From the NCBI GenBank assembly GCA_016867115.1, contig VGKG01000001.1, forward strand, positions 109,403-173,402: DNA of 64,000 nt, written 5' to 3'. Every line of letters begins with the position of its first letter. The stretch's first letter is position 1. The position numbers and the translations under genes were made by a program. This DNA is from Candidatus Omnitrophota bacterium. Lineage in GTDB: Bacteria > Omnitrophota > Gorgyraeia > Gygaellales > Profunditerraquicolaceae. The notes under the pieces were generated by a model, which saw only the letters and a program-made list of their open reading frames with translations, did no database searches and was not told the DNA's origin. Shown here piece after piece: positions 61,930 through 64,000 of the stretch.

Positions 61930-63512
61930 AGTTTTATCACCTTTACCGCCAGGATATTCTCTGTCTTTTTGATCAGTTCCAGTGCATCTTCGGGTATCGG
62001 GCTGTCCACGTTGATTACCGAGATCGCCATGCCGGCAGCTTTTTCCCGGCCGAAGGTCATCTCCGCGATATTGATGTTGTGCTTTCCCAGGATCGTACCG
62101 AGGTTGCCGATTATACCGGGACGGTCCCAGTTCTTGATCACCAGCATCTCTCCCAACGGAGGGGCCTCGACATAGTATCCGTCGATCTTGACGATACGCG
62201 ACTGTTTGTTGCTGGAGAGCGTGCCGCAGACCTTGCGGGTCTCTTTATCCGTCTTTATCTGGAGTTCTACCAGGGTAACGAACTCCTTTTCCTGAGAGGA
62301 TTTTGATTCGTTGACCTTTATCCCCCTCTCCTTGGCCAGGGTCACGGCATTGATGAAATTGACCGTCTCCTGTAAGATCGGGGATAAGACACCTTTGACC
62401 ACTGCCAGGGTGACCGGCGCTAAATCATGTTGAATAATGTCGCCGCTGTAAGTGATGCTTAGCTCCGCTATCCTCCCTTCCACCAGCTGGCTGGTAAAGC
62501 TGCCTAATTTCTCGCCGAGGTTTATATAGGGCTCAAGGGCCATGCAGGCCTCAGGCTCAAGGCAGGGGTAATTGGCGGCGTTACGGATACCGCGGCCAAG
62601 CAGCGCGTCCCGGATGATCTCAGCCACCTCAATAGCCACGTTCACCTGCGCCTCTTCGGTGGAAGCGCCAAGGTGCGGCGTCAGAATCACGTTGTCGAAC
62701 TTAAGCAGCTCACTCTCGGCAGGCAGGGGCTCTTTTTCAAAGACATCAAGGGCGGCCCCGGCGACCCTCCCTTCTTTTGTCGCCGCAACTAATGCCTCTT
62801 CGTCGATGATTCCGCCGCGGGCGCAGTTGATGACACGCACCCCGCTCTTCATCATGGCGAACTCTTTGCCCGAGATCATGTGCTTGGTCTCATCGGTAAG
62901 CGGGGTATGCACGGAAATATAATCCGAACGTTTCAATAGGTCGTTCAATTCCACCACTTCTACTCCCAGCGACTGCGCCACTTCGAGGTTCAGGAAGGGG
63001 TCAAAGGCAAGGACCTTCATCCCGAAGACGATCCCCCGCCTGGCTACTTCCGCGCCGATACGGCCAAGACCCACCACTCCCAGGACTTTACCGTAAAGCT
63101 CAACGCCCATGAACTTGGAACGCTTCCACTCCGCCTTCTTCATGGAGACACTTGCCTGAGGGATATTGCGCGAGAGCGCCAGGATCATGCTGAAGGTATG
63201 CTCCGCGGTTGAGATGGTGTTTCCCGCCGGGGTATTCATCACGATGATCCCTTTTTGCGTGGCCGCCCCGAGGTCCACATTATCCAGCCCCACCCCTGCG
63301 CGGCCGATGGCCTTCAATTTCGATCCGGCATCGATGACGTCTTTGGTGACTTTAGTCGCACTTCTTACCACCAGGGCGTCGTAATCCTTAATAATGGCCT
63401 TGAGTTCTTCCGGTTTTAATTCTGTCTTTACGTCGACCTGAAAGTCGCTTACCTCTTTTAAGATCTTCAGGCCTTCATCGGATAACGGGTCACTGACTAA
63501 TATTTTCTTCAT
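61926..63512 (-). CDS. serA: D-3-phosphoglycerate dehydrogenase
   Basis: RAGVGLDNVD, GLGRIG, NCARGG and TPHLGAST, plus ASB and ACT domains. Confidence 0.95.
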   Translation of the reverse strand: MKKILVSDPLSDEGLKILKEVSDFQVDVKTELKPEELKAIIKDYDALVVRSATKVTKDVIDAGSKLKAIGRAGVGLDNVDLGAATQKGIIVMNTPAGNTISTAEHTFSMILALSRNIPQASVSMKKAEWKRSKFMGVELYGKVLGVVGLGRIGAEVARRGIVFGMKVLAFDPFLNLEVAQSLGVEVVELNDLLKRSDYISVHTPLTDETKHMISGKEFAMMKSGVRVINCARGGIIDEEALVAATKEGRVAGAALDVFEKEPLPAESELLKFDNVILTPHLGASTEEAQVNVAIEVAEIIRDALLGRGIRNAANYPCLEPEACMALEPYINLGEKLGSFTSQLVEGRIAELSITYSGDIIQHDLAPVTLAVVKGVLSPILQETVNFINAVTLAKERGIKVNESKSSQEKEFVTLVELQIKTDKETRKVCGTLSSNKQSRIVKIDGYYVEAPPLGEMLVIKNWDRPGIIGNLGTILGKHNINIAEMTFGREKAAGMAISVINVDSPIPEDALELIKKTENILAVKVIKL

Positions 63513-63535
63513 AGCTAGCTCCTGGTTTAGTTAAC

Positions 63536-63564
63536 CTACCTACTAACTACTGCCCGCTAACTAC
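63536..63564 (-). repeat. heptamer micro-array, single arm, upstream of serA
   Basis: Minus strand GTAGTTA GCGGGCA GTAGTTA GTAGGTA G. Confidence 0.7.
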
Positions 63565-63574
63565 AATCGCTGAA

Positions 63575-64000
63575 TTATTTAAGGAATACTTCCTCTGCTG
63601 CCTTCACTCCCGCGCCTAAATCGAACTTATAGCCCATCTGGGCCAGGACCTTCTCAAGGCAGGAGATACCGGCGATAATATCGAACTCCTCGATATAGCC
63701 CATATGGGCGATCCTGAAGAGTTTCCCCTTCATCTCATCCTGTCCTCCGGCAATGGTCACGCCGTAAGTATCGCGCATGGTCTTGACTAATTTTTCGCCG
63801 TCCAGGCCTTCCGGCACTTTGACTGCGGTGACCACGTCGGATGCGGCATCCGGGGCAAAGAGCGCTAATCCCAGGCCCTTCATAGCCGCGCGCGCGGCAG
63901 ACGCCATTTTTTTATGGCGTAAAAATACCTGCTCAAGGCCGTCCTGCCTGATCATCTCTAGCGCCTCATTCAGCGCAATGATCAGGGTCACTGCCGGGGT
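63575..64000 (-). CDS. class V PLP aminotransferase (serine-pyruvate/phosphoserine type), partial
   Basis: TPAV...IAGGQDEMKGKLFRIAHMG; lies upstream of serA. Confidence 0.85.
   Translation of the reverse strand, partial: TPAVTLIIALNEALEMIRQDGLEQVFLRHKKMASAARAAMKGLGLALFAPDAASDVVTAVKVPEGLDGEKLVKTMRDTYGVTIAGGQDEMKGKLFRIAHMGYIEEFDIIAGISCLEKVLAQMGYKFDLGAGVKAAEEVFLK

Overview
A gene-dense core-genome segment from a bacterium. About 59 CDS lie on the minus strand in tightly coupled operons, and only rpmB is on the plus strand. Gene content and style suggest an anaerobe, possibly Candidatus Omnitrophota (inference only). The window encodes AddAB, RecJ, ArgRS, a trpGDCFBA cluster without trpE, rho-rpmE-prfA-prmC-murA, polA-glgA-coaE, a Wood-Ljungdahl-type cluster (fhs, cyclohydrolase, folD, metF, flavoprotein, acsB), a queuosine/tRNA-modification cluster, rimP-nusA-infB, proS, MEP-pathway genes, GH57/DUF4912, purA and serA. 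I found no rRNA, tRNA, CRISPR array or transposase. The most unusual signal is about 15 dispersed, degenerate micro-arrays with a 7- or 8-nt period. They occur in four settings: (i) inverted-arm hairpins at gene junctions, one of which sits between the purA Shine-Dalgarno and its start codon; (ii) single arms just after stop codons; (iii) in-frame segments in variable loops of PrmC, TrmD, Tgt and IspG; and (iv) the coding sequence for one protein's signal-peptide region. rsfS also appears to start at a non-canonical ATA codon.
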